NCBI RefSeq assembly: GCF_006345805.1
Contig: NC_043018.1
Span: 12,462,001 to 12,526,000 of the forward strand
Direction of reading: 5' to 3'
Source of the DNA: Octopus sinensis
Lineage: Eukaryota
DNA: 64,000 nt
Position 1 is the first letter of the stretch. Each line of letters starts with the position of its first letter. The translations under genes and the position numbers were made by a program. Below the pieces are notes generated by a model. It did no database searches and was not told where the DNA came from. It saw nothing but the letters and a program-made list of their open reading frames with translations. Positions 1 through 13,804 of the stretch are shown here, in pieces.

Positions 1-1846
1 CATGGAACTGGTCCTGAAAATAGTTCAAAAGATTTTCCCAACATATTCTCTGCCTCTGCTTAAAAGATTTCCCTTTATTTGATGAATTTTTCCAATCAAT
101 GGTATATTATCTTTATACTGTACACCAATTCTTTAAAACAATTACTTCACAATGGATTTGGTAGTAAAAAAAAAAAAAAAAAAGCAAAAGACCAGTTTTG
201 GAGGATTGTTTTTTTTGGGGGGGGGGTTTAGGCCATAATAATCCAAGAATTGAATAAAATGCAGAAAAGGGTTTAAGATCAAACAAGAGTTTGAGTGAAA
301 ATCACAGGTTTGTCTCCATGGCTAAGACATGATTCCAGCAATTCAAAGAACATTTTTTTTCTTTTCTTTCCTTTTTTTTTTTTTATTATTTTTTAAATAT
401 TTTTACAAATTTCAACTGCTGCCACAAACAAGATAAAAGAATGAGCCCCTGTTATGCTTTCAACTATCATCAATCCAATGAAAAGAATCCAATGACAAAA
501 TGAAAGCATAAACACTAAAAATAAAATACAGAGGACTGGATTTCTAAACTTAACCAATTTTCCTAGATTAAAATAACAAAAAAAAAGAAAAAAATACCAG
601 AGCCACAATCGATGAAATTGGATGATAATGTTTTAATTTTATTAGAGTTAATTGCAATTTTTGGAAGTGTTCATTATGAAATCCTAGAAAAGCCAAATTT
701 CATCAGAAGGAGTGGGGAAAATACATAAGGCCATTTTCAGACATTGAAACTATCTCATTCTGTATTTGAATCCTTTCTAGCAAATGACGAGCAAGAAAAT
801 GGTTTTAAAGAATTATTCCTTGAATCAAAACACAAGCTAGAAAGACAGATAGATGAAAATTATATTGTTTTTCAAGTTAAATTCACCTCCAAATGTTAAC
901 CTTACCTTTAATTATTAAACAACTAGCAAAGAATATAAAGATGACCCTTACAAACTGAAATAGAAAATGTGTTTTCTTTGCCCTCAGCATCTCCAAACAT
1001 GTATTTTCTTCTGAAGAGAACTAAACAACATGGATATTATGACCATGAGGAAGAAAAAAAAGAAGTTAAAAAGGGATAGTAACACTTTCTACCTTGAGAA
1101 GGAAGGTGGGAATAAATTAGAAGGAAAAAAAGAGACAAGGACAAACAAAGGAAAAAAAGAAACTAAAGTTTTAAACAAACCTCTGAAGTTAACCCCAAAA
1201 GCTTATAAGGGTACAGACCAAAAAGTGTTCCTAAAGCTAGTGTACTGCAAGACAGGATGAAATATTCCAGTTGAAAGTCTGGATCTGTTTTTGTCCTTCC
1301 ATTGAAGTAAAATTGACATTTCACTTTTTTTGTTGTTGTTGTTGTTGTTTTGTTTTGTTTTGGACTTTTTTTTTTGTTTGTTTTCGTCCAAGTCCTGAAA
1401 TTATATAATTGTCTTTTTCTTTTCTCTCTCTCTCTCACTCTCTTTTAAACAATTACATTCCATAAATGTTTGCATATTTGAAGGAATTTGGCTTGGTGAA
1501 TATTGCAAGCAGTTTAGGAATCGGTAAACAGTAGGAGTGTGCGTGTGTGTGCGTGTGTGTGTGTGTGTGTGCGTGTGTGCGGGGGTGCAATGGTTACAAT
1601 GTACATGAGAGGCTTTCTCTTTTCCGTTTCTCCTTCTGTTGTGGTTGTTCATAAGTGCTACTTTATTAAAAGGTTGCTCAACATTCAAAGTTCAACTGAT
1701 GCTGAAAGAAAGAGCAGCATTTATGGTGAAAGGAAGTGAAATGAGAGACTCTAACCAAACACATTTTAAGAGAAAGGACATTCATTCATGAAGAATTCCA
1801 AAAATGATTTTTTGTTGCTTTTTTTTTCTTTCAAATTTTTCCCTTT

Positions 1847-1916
<70 letters not shown>

Positions 1917-2039
1917 TGTGCGCGCACGAGTGTGTGTAGTGACAGGAAGAGAAAGAAGGAAAGGAAAGTGGAGAAGAGAAGAGGAGAGTGAATAAACAAA
2001 GGGAAAAGTTTGCATTTCTGCTACCAGCTTCTGGACTGA
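1..2039 (-). other. Probable UBE2Q 3' UTR / downstream region with (CA)n tracts
   Basis: Follows the stop codon and lacks obvious TE insertions; minus-strand AATAAA candidates at about 1662-1667 and 74-79; true end unknown. Confidence 0.5.
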
Positions 2040-2071
2040 TTAACCATCTTCTTTTGGTGGCGTGAACCAAC
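2040..2071 (-). CDS. UBE2Q: UBE2Q exon 12, coding part (GWFTPPKEDG*)
   Basis: ttttcag acceptor; conserved UBE2Q C-terminus; TAA at 2042-2040. Confidence 0.96.
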
Positions 2072-3140
2072 CTGAAAAATACAGACAATATTATTAGAAG
2101 TGCAAATAATCCTTTCTGATACAGGTACAAGGACTGAGATGGGGGGGGGGGTTTACTTATTTTATCTACTACTAAAGAATAAAAGACTATGTCAATACTG
2201 ACAGAATTTGAACTCAGGACATAAAGATGGACAAAATGGTCACTAACCACTCCACTAGATGGCCACCTTTTCAGAAAAGGTAAATAATAGAAATATTTAT
2301 TACACCATTGAATATTCACAAACAAATTTTTCTTTTTTTTTTAAAACCAACAGCTGCATCAAGTTAAAACTAAACTGAATGGTACTGAATAGTACTGAAT
2401 TTATTGTTTTCCTCTTCTGGAGAGCAACAGCAAATGGGCTTAAAAACTTGAAGCATTTTGTTAGTGTCGTGTATTTATAGCTGGATGCCCTTCCTACTTC
2501 TAATATGTAACAATGAAATAAGGGAGATATCTACTAAACAGCTTACTGAGCTGAGGTGTATAAAATAATGGACCTTCAAATCTAACAAGATTTCTAAGGG
2601 TACACCCTGCACTTGCATCACCTGACACAAAACCACCTCCCTCAATACTACTCCCCACTCAGCTGAGAGGTCTTGAATTGTAAGTTGCTTGGTAACCTCA
2701 CTGGTGCTTGCGTCACATAAAAAGCACCCAGTTCACTGTAAAGAGTTCGAGGTTAGGAAGGGCGTCCAGTTGGAGAAACCATGCCAAAACAGACAATAGA
2801 GCCTGGTGTAGTCTTCTGACTTGCCAGCTCCTGTCAAATCATTCAACCCATGCCAGCATGAAAAGCAGATGGTGGTCAATGATGATCCTGACCATCATGT
2901 GATCAGCCAGTCTTCTTTAACAATTGGTTTAATTCTAAATTTTAATTAGATTTGCCTTAAGACAAAAGAATACAGAAACTGTGTTTCTTTCTTTCCTCAC
3001 TCTTGTTTTGCATTCAATCCAGTCTTTATTGCAGTCGTGACCCTTAAACAAGGCATCACAAATTACTCAAGTCAAAGTAGCCATAAATTAAGCTATAACT
3101 CTATTTAGTTGTTGAAAGACTGGTAGATTTAAATATTTAC

Positions 3141-3356
3141 TAACCCTTTAGAATTTAAATCGGACATATCCAGCCCAAAAATTCTGTTTTATGTTCAAAC
3201 TAACCACACTTGGCTTCTCACACCTACCCTACAATGTCGTTCAAAAACTAAACAATCATACCATCAAAATGACAATAGTTTTACAGCATGATTAATTCAA
3301 AATGTATATAAATAATCACTACATTTGACAGAATAATCTGAGTGCTAAAGGGTTAA
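3141..3356. mobile_element. piggyBac-type MITE (CCCTTTAG termini); related copies at about 4444-4648, 15275-15635, 17052-17205 and 27455-27592
   Basis: taaccctttag ... ctaaagggttaa termini; shared internal ctcacacctaccctacaatgtc. Confidence 0.65.
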
Positions 3357-4720
3357 CGTGTAAAGCCTCACTATTATAAAGCCATGTTATATTAGTATTT
3401 TGTATGTTCTGCTTTGTCCTCAGTATAACGTTAAACTACATCTGGTAGTGAGACTTTACTTCAAGAGTTCCTGGGTTTTTGAAGAGTGCAGAGGCATCCC
3501 TTAGCCACTATTACTGGCTAAGAGATGCCTCTTAGGTCTTCTCTGACTCGGATTAGCAGCACTTGTTAGGGTCCCAGCTATGGGTATTAACCTGTAGCAC
3601 ATTATGGAAGAAACTCTGAGTAGAAAACCTCAGTGCTTTCTAAAAGTGTTTTGCAAAAGAAAAAGGCTAGAGGAATCAACACTTCGAAAGCTCATCAGGA
3701 AACAGAGTCCATCAGGTGGTCCAGTGTCCTCTCCGACACCCTTCCAGTAATCTCCAGAGTAGATGGAGCTCCAATGTAACACCTACAGCTTGGTCACTGC
3801 AGCTGTCCTAGTCTGTCTGAATGACTGTGGTCAGACCTCCAAACCTAAAGAGTGAGATCAGATGCCCAGAGTGACTCCCTTCAAAAACTACCAAACACAA
3901 GCATGAAGAAAAGCTGAGCAATGTCAAGGATCAGTTTTAAACTGCTTGGCAGTTTGGTCAGCAGCAACTTGCCAACTGTTAGTTGTAGACATTGTGATGT
4001 AGATTCATGTGGTAGCATTTTTTTTTTGTGGGTTTGGGGGTGTTTTGGTTTGTTTCTTTAAACCTTTCTGCATCGTTAGAAGCTTTCCTTATTCTCTTTG
4101 TCTTCCTTTTCTGCTTGTTGTGTCACAAACTGAAAAACAACTGAGAATGGATACATCACACTACACTGTGGAAGGTGTTGGCGGATCTGTTGGTCAATGA
4201 TGACCATGCTTAATCAAGTGAATTATCTGCTCCTGAATTAACAGGTAAGTGGCCGAGTACCCTTGTTGTAATTCAGAGGCAGAATCAGCGTAACAAGGTT
4301 GTTCCTTTCAAATTATACCTCATGTGATCCGACACAGTTCCCATCTATATGAGTGACCATAGGCTATTTGTTCAAAATGCCATGCAGTAAGATCGAACCT
4401 GCGGCCTTGCGGCTGCAAAGCAAACTTCTTAACTGTACGTATTTAACTCTGTAGCATTTAAACTATCCATATCTGGCCCAAATATTCAACCTGTTCTACA
4501 TTCAAATTGTCCAGCTCCAACCTTTCACACTTAACCTGCAATGTCATTCTATCAGTAATCACACCAAAACCTCAAAGCTACAATATAATGCCCAATTAGT
4601 TCAAAACATTACATTCTGACAGTGTAATCTGAGATGCTAAAGGGTTAAGCAACATATCAGTAAAAAAAAGAGAAAAAAAAAAGGGGGGGGGGGGATAAAC
4701 TTTATTAAGGATATACTAAC

Positions 4721-4787
4721 CGTTTTTTTCATGAATTTGCACCAATGACTTGAATGTCTGCTGAGCTCTAGCTAGACTGTATTGATT
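4721..4787 (-). CDS. UBE2Q: UBE2Q exon 11 (NQYSLARAQQTFKSLVQIHEKN)
   Basis: ttctag / gttagt, phase 0/1. Confidence 0.95.
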
Positions 4788-6054
4788 CTAGAAAGAGGAA
4801 ACAAGTGTCCAATTACAGATAGAAGCAATTTTACAAAACAAGTAAGTTCATTCCCCTCACCATCACCATCTTTTCTCCTATCAATTGCTTTAGCACTGCC
4901 TAATATCTTCAAATATCTCCAATTAGAAAACATCTCTGACTACTGAATGCTCCAACCCATCAGGTTAGCAAACTGGTCAGAACTCAATTTTATAAACTCC
5001 AATGGTCAGGAAATTTTCATCTCAAAGCAACTAAAAACTGATGAATGAGTGGAGAGGTGTTCATTGTTTGTCTCTCGGTCCACAGTCCTTTCCCTTCTCC
5101 ATCTTGTCTTTGCCTTCAACTCTGGATCTCCATACCTCCCTTCCCCCCACTCCTTCATTTGTTCATTTGTGACAAAACTTTATATTTGTTATTCTCAGAT
5201 GAAGGGCAACAGTTCAAAACATTAGGTTCATCACTCCTCTCTTATTTAATTAGTCAACACAGACCTCTGACCCCATCCCAGTTTTCTTGGATTCTCAGAT
5301 TTTAGTGTTTAATGATTTATCCCTTATCCACCCTTTCATCACACTAAACCTCTCCCCGGAGGAGAATTGGGACATGCCGACAGCGTGTTACAACCCGCCG
5401 GCAATGTCCCGTTTTCTTCTTTCTTTTCTCCTGGCCAATAATCCACAAGGAAAACATAATTTCTCACAATTATGTGAGAAAACACACACGTCTCCACCGC
5501 AAGACAGACAAAAAGCTCCGAATCCAGTAAGGACCCCTTGCTAGTACCAAAAAACAAAAAAAATCTACAAGCAACAAATCCTACCGGACTCAAGGAGCAA
5601 AAAGTTTTACCTTACAGTAGAGCGTCTTTCAATTTTCGCCAGCTGCTAACCAGCATGGCGACTTCAACAGTACAGAGAAGTACAACTAACAACCAGAACC
5701 AGAAGCAAGCTTCTTACCACACAGCCACACCTGCACTATTTCAGAAAATGTAACGAGCTACAACCACAAATCCAAAATCATTCCTTTCTGAACTCTTCCA
5801 CTTTCATTCTCCCGCCACATTTTCTCCCCACTTACAGAAATTCACTAAACATTTAACACATCAACCTCACCAGTCATAAGTACTTCTCCCTAATTTTCTA
5901 ATTAAAAAACAAATACACACAATAAAATTTCAGTCTCAAAACTTTTCTTGCAAGTTTTGTTGCATTTAAATTTGATGACTGAAATTTCTGGAAAACTCTG
6001 AAATGCCAAAAGAAATCAGTAAAAATCAGAATTAGTTACCTTAGAATTACTTAC

Positions 6055-6150
6055 TTTAGAAGCTGAGAAGTTTATTCGTGCTTTTCCCTTAACCAAAGTA
6101 GCAGATATTTGGAGTATGACAGATTCTATACTGTAGGCACTGCTCCAACC
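6055..6150 (-). CDS. UBE2Q: UBE2Q exon 10 ([32 protein letters not shown])
   Basis: ttgtag / gtaagt, phase 0/0, [10 protein letters not shown] motif. Confidence 0.96.
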
Positions 6151-6671
6151 CTACAATAACATAAGCAACAATCAATAAAACACTGTAATTAGGAAGAGAG
6201 AAGGAGATTAATCATCATCATCAAATTAATGTCCACTTTACAATACTTGTACGTATTGCATGAAATTTTGTGAAGGTGGATTTGTACAGCTGGATGCCCT
6301 TCCTGTTGCCAACCCTCACTTGTTTCCAGGCAATATATTTCCCAGAACCAGACACAGAAGAATCAAAACAAAGGACACTGCTTACATGACAGTGGCTCTT
6401 ATTTACAACTATCATATGGCATCAAGACAAAGTAACTGTACCACACATATATTTATTTTTTTAACTTCTTGTTTCAGTCATTAGACTGTGGCAATGCTGG
6501 GGCATCACCTTGAAGAACTTTTAGTCGAATGAATTGACCCCAGGACTTATTTTCTGTTAAGTCTGGTACTCATTCTATTGTTTGCTTTTTGCTGAACAGC
6601 TAAGTTACAAGGATGTAAACAGATCAACACCAGTTGTTAAGCAGTGGTGGGAGACAAACAAAGACACATAC

Positions 6672-6715
<44 letters not shown>

Positions 6716-7061
6716 TCACTTTCCATATACCAAATTCACTACAAGGCATTAATGAGCCTGAGTTTATAGAAGACACTTGCCCAAGGTGCCACACAGTAGG
6801 ACTGAACCTGTATCTATGCAGTTAGAAAGCAAACCTCTTTTCACACAGCCACGCCTGCACCTTCCCAATCCACTCACAAGGCTTTGGTTGGCCTGGGACT
6901 AAAATAAAAGACACTTCCCAAAGTGCCAAGCAGTGGGACTGAACTCAAAGCCATGGGGCAGGGATGCAAGCTCCTTACTAAACAACTACACCAGCACCTT
7001 AATAATATTTTGGGGGTAACAAACAAAAAAAGAGAGAGAGAGAAAAGGTAATGCCACTAAC

Positions 7062-7169
7062 TTGTTTTGTGAGAAGTTCCATACAGATGGCTCCTCCGCT
7101 TAGAACATAGCCTCCTGAGATTACTGGATTGATAACTCTCACAAATGGTGGATCGAATGGAAATGAATC
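7062..7169 (-). CDS. UBE2Q: UBE2Q exon 9 with catalytic Cys ([36 protein letters not shown])
   Basis: ttctag / gttagt, phase 0/0; active-site Cys codon TGT at 7085-7083. Confidence 0.97.
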
Positions 7170-8371
7170 CTAGAAAGAAAACAATTAGATCAAACCAAAA
7201 ATAAAAACTGGCAATAAATAACCAATCACCAAACATTTCAAACTGATTGATTGATGACTGAATATATTTTGTTTCTTAAATCATAAACTGAGCCATATTC
7301 ATTGTAGCGGTCATACATATTTGTTCATTTGATTTGATGGTCAAGATGATTGGATTTTTGGAGGCATTGTCCTACAATTATATTCCCTTCTTGTCACTAA
7401 TCTTAACTGCCTGTCAAGATCTCGTTTCACAGGTTTGTCAAAGCAAGAGACGGTCTGTTGACAGAAATGACAACAACAACAACAACACTGCTGGTGATAA
7501 GCAACTTTCAGAGGGTACAAATGTAAACATATACAATGTAGATGAATGGCTTTTTACAAGAATTCTGGTCGGCCCAAGCTGTAGTAAAAGACACTTACCT
7601 AAAGTGCTGCACAGCTGGATTCAATCCAAAACCCTATGGGTTTAAATTATTCAACATAATTTTACAAGCTACTATCCTTAATCCTAAGTGGTACATCACC
7701 AAATGTGGTACATATTTTTCAGTCAGGAGTTATGTGCTTACAAGCACAAGCAATGCCAGCCTTGATATGCTTCAATTTATCTGAATAAATAATGTTTTTT
7801 GGAGACGACATTACTTCCAACCAAGCTTTGACTCCAGTTTCACTGAGTGAATCAACCTCTTCATACCAACCGGCCTCAGACTGCCTCTAGTTTTACAATA
7901 CAAACACTGGGCTTTAAAATAATCCACATTAAACTTTCCATCGAAATTTGTGTGTTAATTTATGTTACAACTTAAAAATGACAAAGTTATTTTACTAAAT
8001 TCCTCATTATTTTCAAAATTAATTGAAATAATCTTAGCATATTTCAACAGAAATATGGTATCAAAAGGAACAAGTTGATGAAATATTCATCCTCACTTAG
8101 TTAAGATATTACACCAATGCAATAAGCTGAATGCTTATTTCTGACATTCTGAGACAATTTCTGACACACACTCGAGTTCAGAACCAGTGATCTGGTAGCT
8201 CAATATTTTATTTATTTTAAGTCTGTTTGAAATCTATATCTAAATGAGTCCAAGACTTTCAGCATAATAAGAGATTCATTTTCAGAATCACCATATCAGA
8301 ATTTTATGTTCCACTCCATTCCAAGAACATATTTTCCTCGCTTTGAAATACAACCCAAATCAAACCATAAA

Positions 8372-9122
8372 TACAGGGTGGGCCAAAAGGCATGCACAAA
8401 ACAAGTTCAATGTGTTCCGGAATTATCAAAGACATGCTTCGGTTTTTATAAAATTGAACAAAATAAATAAAATAATGATGGATGCACAAGGAATTGTACG
8501 TGATGAACAAAATGAATAATGGTAATAAATGCTGTCCTGGTGCAGTACCGGACAATGGCTCTCTTGTCTTCTGATCTTAACTAATTGAAAATGTTACAAA
8601 CATGATTTATCATGCTGTAAAAGGTGGGCTACAGCAAATATTCTGCTCAACACCACAGATTTGATTGTCCAGTTGCTTGACCTGAGCCAACTGAGTATGT
8701 CTCTCAGTGACTGACTATATGTGTGTATCTTTGAACAAGAGTAGTGGGGGGTGGGGGAAGCATCATAGCCATGTGTTAAGTGAGATTCTTTGGGGTTTGA
8801 ATAATTCACCTCAGGAAACATGGATGTTGTTTCGTTCATGATCCTTAAACTTTATTCAGGGACCTTTTGAGCAAGATGGGCTACTCAAATTGAAGAAAAT
8901 TCTAACTGGGCCCACCTACAAGGTCATGCACTGTTTATCTCAATATAAGATCACCATGTTGCATGTGTCATAACAGATAAGTAGTCATAATGGATAGATT
9001 AAGTTTCCTATATTTGTACTCCAGTGTCACTTTGATGGCACACGCTGCTGTCTCACTCAGTAATAATAGTAATGTAATATTAAGTCAAATGCTTTGGGGT
9101 GTAACTTTTGGCTCACCCTATA
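8372..9122. mobile_element. Tc1/mariner-type MITE with nested SINE-like insert
   Basis: TA-flanked TIRs cagggtgggccaaaag / cttttggctcaccctata. Confidence 0.6.
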
Positions 9123-9312
9123 TAAATTGCACTAAGTTATGATGATAATTTTAAAAATAAAATAAACTAGCAGTTATAAGTAAATAGTATTTTCCCCAAA
9201 ATATCTAAGAGAAACTCAAGCTGATGGAATGGTCAAATAACAGCTATGTAGGTTGGTAAACATGCTGGTAACTAAAACAACAGATATAACTCATTTAAGA
9301 TTGAAACTTTAC

Positions 9313-9403
9313 CTTAAATGTAAAATTTAATAGAATGTGATCCCTCCCCTCTTTTTCTTTAAATGTTATAAGATCTGCATGTAGAGGGCTATCCTGATCC
9401 ACT
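9313..9403 (-). CDS. UBE2Q: UBE2Q exon 8 ([30 protein letters not shown])
   Basis: ttccag / gtaaag, phase 2/0, VDxDSPLHxDL motif. Confidence 0.95.
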
Positions 9404-9883
9404 CTGGAAAAAAAAAAGTAGAAAACAGAAATTGAATGAGAAGTTGTTCATTACAAACCATTTTTCAAATTAAATTTACCTTCTTTTTTTTTTTATCTTT
9501 TCATTAATCAATAATGAATGTTTTTTTTTTATTGTGGTGACCAGCAAATCACCAACTGAGACAGTATTTTAAAAGTATTTAGTCATGATTTCCAATCACA
9601 TGCAAGTCAACCTTTCACTATCATCATTAGTATTTAACATCCACTTTCCACATCATTTCATATTAGGAGGTAATTTCCCCACCCACGTCAGCAAAACTCA
9701 GCTACAATATTGGTTTTACTTGACTCAACAGGTTTTCTCAAGCATATTATATCACCCGACGCATCAGGGGTAGTAGAATATAAATACATATCAAAATACT
9801 GGGGTGTATAACACACAAAGCCCAAAGATTCAAAAATATACATATATACACACATATAAATAATTGAAATAAAATGTACTTAC

Positions 9884-9944
9884 TTGAATAATTTGACATT
9901 CCATTCATACAAACATTCACTGACTAGGTCTATTGTGTAGATAG
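9884..9944 (-). CDS. UBE2Q: UBE2Q exon 7 (AIYTIDLVSECLYEWNVKLFK)
   Basis: ttttcag / gtaagt, phase 1/2, LYEWNVKL motif. Confidence 0.95.
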
Positions 9945-10276
9945 CTGAAAACAGAAAACAAATTTACACAAAAGATATAACACACATACATACAAACATC
10001 AACATCATAACATCACACACACACATAATGGGCTTCTTTCTGTTTCCATCTACCAAATCCATTCACAATGCTTTGGTCAACCTGGGGCTTAAGAAGGACA
10101 CTTGACCAAGGTACCATGCATTGGGACTGAACCAGAAACCATGTAGTTGGGAAAGAAGCTTCTTACCACCCAAGCTACACCAGCACCTATACACACACAA
10201 TAAGAAAAACCCAACATGAATATTAAAAAAAAAAAAATTTTTTAAAAGGGTTACATTAAGCTAATTCCCAACTCAC

Positions 10277-10361
10277 CCTTTTTGTAACTTTCAGATCGAA
10301 ATATTTCCCTCAATTCTTTCATCAACCGATCTGTTGCCTGGACTGAGCCACAAACATTGCC
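10277..10361 (-). CDS. UBE2Q: UBE2Q exon 6 ([28 protein letters not shown])
   Basis: ttttcag / gtgagt splice sites, phase 0/1, start of UBC domain. Confidence 0.96.
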
Positions 10362-11102
10362 CTGAAAAAGAGAAATGTTAAATAAGCAAAATAAAACACA
10401 TTTGTCCTTACAAACACAAGGAAAGGTAAACCAGTACAGAATCCCAGCTGAAATACATCATCTACACCCAGAAAGATGGCACCAAAACCAGCTCGTGTAA
10501 TTTGTTTGTAGTCAAGCCTATTATGGCTACCCCAGATGACTCCGTAAGACTAGTTTCCCAGTTCCTCTGGTCTGTATATTCCTCCCTAGATGCCAGTACC
10601 TCACAGGATGACTCATTTGGACCAGCTAAATGGACTGGAGCAACTAGGGTTTGTCTCAAGAACACAATGAATTGCCTGGTCCAGGAATCAAAAGCACAAT
10701 CTTTATGATCAAGAGTTCCACACCCTAACCACTAAGCCATGCACCTTCACAGTCAAGACTATCATAGCTACATTTATGAACTTTTTCACAAGGTAGTAAT
10801 TCCCTAGAAGCAATCTGTAAATAGGTTTCTCTCTCTCTCTCTTTTATTCTCTCTCTCTCTTTTATTCTCTCTCACTTGCTGAACTATGAAACATCTTATG
10901 AAGGAAAGGAAAAAAAACTTCCTTCGAATGTATTCTAAACTTTCTCACTTTGTAAAATGTTTGAATGAACATTATTTACATTACTTACATTATTTACATT
11001 CGATGGATATTTGTCCTCATCTTGTTTGTTGTTAACACAATAATAATAATAATATCAAAAAAACCTTAGGAATGAGAACCCAGGTTAGAAATTTCCCCCA
11101 AG

Positions 11103-11146
11103 GCACCTGAAGAAGGCTGGGGGGTATATCAGCCGAAATATTGTGT
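11103..11146 (+). ncRNA. Minimal hammerhead motif in short PLE-derived element (about 10985-11228)
   Basis: gcac-CTGAAGA-a-ggctg..cagcc-GAAA-tat-t-gtgt; about 10985-11040 is an inverted copy of about 11140-11196. Confidence 0.62.
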
Positions 11147-11324
11147 AAACAACAAACAAGATGAGGACAAATATCCGTTGAATGCAAATAATGTACATAA
11201 TTCCTCATCTCTTAAATATAGAACTGTATGTTTGAATGAGTTTAATATATTTGTCTAGGGTCATGTTGTACTGATGATTCCAATTGAGGATGAAAAAGCA
11301 CTATACATAGCTACCAATGACATT

Positions 11325-11355
<31 letters not shown>

Positions 11356-11427
11356 TATATAAAAACATTATTGGTGAATTGAAGAAATGGAGCTGAACGC
11401 AGATTGAACAGAAATCGTTTTATTTCA

Positions 11428-11513
11428 TTCATTCTACACGTGTTTCGAAGGCACAAATTACCAAAATCCGATTGAATAATGGGACCATATTGTGTCTTTC
11501 TCTTCAGGAAGAA
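11428..11513 (-). ncRNA. Type I hammerhead ribozyme motif, inverted copy in left PLE arm
   Basis: Reverse complement of the 13805-13891 motif; core boxes intact. Confidence 0.78.
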
Positions 11514-12199
11514 AAAAGGAAATCCGTTAGAGAAACAAAAACAGAACAGAGGCGGAGCAAAAACCAAATCGAACTATGCTCCTAAGAGCCCATGGCGAAA
11601 CTGTTTATCAGTGTATGCTGAGAACCGTGGCTGAAGAATTCTACAGGTCAGGCATCGGTCAATCATGTGGGTGAGGGTGTATAGATGTTCTTAGTGACCG
11701 AGAATAAAGTTCTGACTATTTAAGGAATATTGGATGTTTTATAGGGGCGAGAAAAAATCTACTTAGAGACGTGTGTGTGTGTATACTGTTCTATATATGT
11801 GTGTGGGCGTAGGGTAGAAACACTTTTTGTGTACGTGTGTGCGTTTGATCGTTCGGCTGTCAGTGGCTACTGCCGTGATAACCGTTGGGTGGCAGAAAGA
11901 AAAAAATATATTATATTATGTTTTATGTGTGTGTGTGTTCATCTGAGCCTGCCTTGTCAAGGAAACCCCCCGCTGTGAAAAAACCAAGCCCCGTTTGTCT
12001 TATATAATAACATTAACATTTTAAGTAAGGACGGGAGCGCGGCGGATGCCGGGGTAGTCGCTCCCGCATTTATTTAGCGAACAAGGATAATTATCGGTCC
12101 GGGAGGTCTTACACTAACCCAAGACCCGTTATTTATCCGAGAATCACCCACCAGAGTGCGAGAGCTAGCGTCCCGACCCATCACACTGATAGGAATAAG

Positions 12200-13215
12200 C
12201 ATAAATATGGTTGTAATTCCCCTTTGGTAAGCAGATTAGAACTAACCTCCCCCTCTTGTTTAGACAAGCCATCGCCAATAACTTCCCCAGAAATTCCAAA
12301 TATTACTCCACGGTTAACTCACATAAAGTTAGGATAGCTTTCTCCAACACTAAAAACCTCGCCCAGATAATCGCCTCCCATAATAATAGGCTACTTACTA
12401 AGACCCTATCACCTTTTTTCCGGAGGCACAGCCTCTTCCGCTCCCGGTTTAATGCTCAGTAGGAATAATTATAGTAGTAATATTGATATGAGAGCCAGTA
12501 CAGTGACACATAATCTCAGCTCCAGCCAGGGAGTACCCACTAGGGGTATAGTTATAAATAGGGGTGTTGTGGTTGACGGTAACAATGGGAGTAGGGTAGA
12601 GAGCCCCAATAGCAACCCCAGCATCATTTCCCGCAATAGCAGCACCACGGGCACTAGCAATGACAGTACTCTGATAGATAGTGGAGAATCAGGGGTTATT
12701 CCTATAGTTAATATAGTGACGTAGTGGAAAATAGAGTAGTAAGCGGCTGCAGGTCTCGGAACGAATATAGTGACAGGAACGCAGTTCTAATTTCAGAAAC
12801 TAATCCTAGCAGATTAAGATTTACGTCGGCGAACTCCAAGATCAAAAACGCCGTCTACCAATGCAAGGTTTACACGGACTCAGATGTCTTCACTTATGTA
12901 GGGGCATCATCCTCAAGATTGTCTTTGCGTGTCTCCAATCATTACGCAACTTTTCGGGACGTGACACAAGCGCCAGACCACGGGACTCAGTAAGCTAATA
13001 ATATGGCGACTGAAGGATACGAACTTAAGCTACAGGCTGGAATGGTCAATTTTGTCGGTGCCCTCCCATTTGATAGGGCAGAAGACAGTGTAACCTGTTG
13101 TGCTCCGAACTCTTCCATATTTTGTTTGCCAGAGGCCGGATGGTAAACGGGCTCTTACAGTCGGCTTTTCGATGCCCCCCATTGGCGGCGTTACACTTAT
13201 CTGGCTTTTAAATAG
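12200..13215 (+). pseudogene. Frameshifted C-terminal part of Penelope-like ORF: linker, low-complexity S/N/T insert, GIY-YIG endonuclease
   Basis: ORF pieces 12256-12462, 12452-12724 and 12724-12993, plus downstream frames (LIWRLKDTNLSYRLEWSIL; RQCNLLCSELFHILF); no RT motifs seen. Confidence 0.8.
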
Positions 13216-13804
13216 CGTTTATAAATAATACCGGCACCCATAGCCTTGGTAACAAATTCTGAAATAGCCTTTAAGATATCTACGATTATCCACTGCAAGG
13301 GAATTACTCCTGTAAGACAAACGGGGCTTGGTTTTTTCACAGCGGGGGGTTTCCTTGACAAGGCAGGCTCAGATGAACACACACACACATAAAACATAAT
13401 ATATATATATTTTTTTCTTTCTGCCACCCAACGGTTATCACGCAGTAGCCACTGACAGCCGAACGATCAAACGCACACCGTACACAAAAAGTGTTTTCTA
13501 CCCCTACGCCAACACACACATATATAGAACAGTATACACACACACACGTCTCTAAGTAGATTTTTCTCGCCCCTTATAAAACATCCAATATTCCTTAAAT
13601 AGTCAGAACTTTATCTCGGTCACTAAGAACATCTATACACCCTCACCCACATGATTGACCGATGCCTGACCTGTAGAATTCTTCAGCCACCGGTTCTCAG
13701 CATACACTGATAAACAGTTTCGCCATGGGCTCTTAGGAGCATAGTTCGATTTGGTTTTTGCTCCGCCTCTGTTCTGTTTTTGTTTCTCTAACGGATTTCC
13801 TTTT

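Noticed and set aside
393-608. Hydrophobic 71-aa ORF and other short ORFs in the 3' region
   Set aside because: Arise from T-rich UTR composition; no recognisable homology or splice context
5190-5230. Hammerhead-like cagatgaagggc..gttcaaaacatt
   Set aside because: Both core boxes are mutated; at most a dead relic
11268-11306. CTGATGA-ttcc..ggat-GAAA near the PLE
   Set aside because: No convincing stem III; may be chance or heavily decayed
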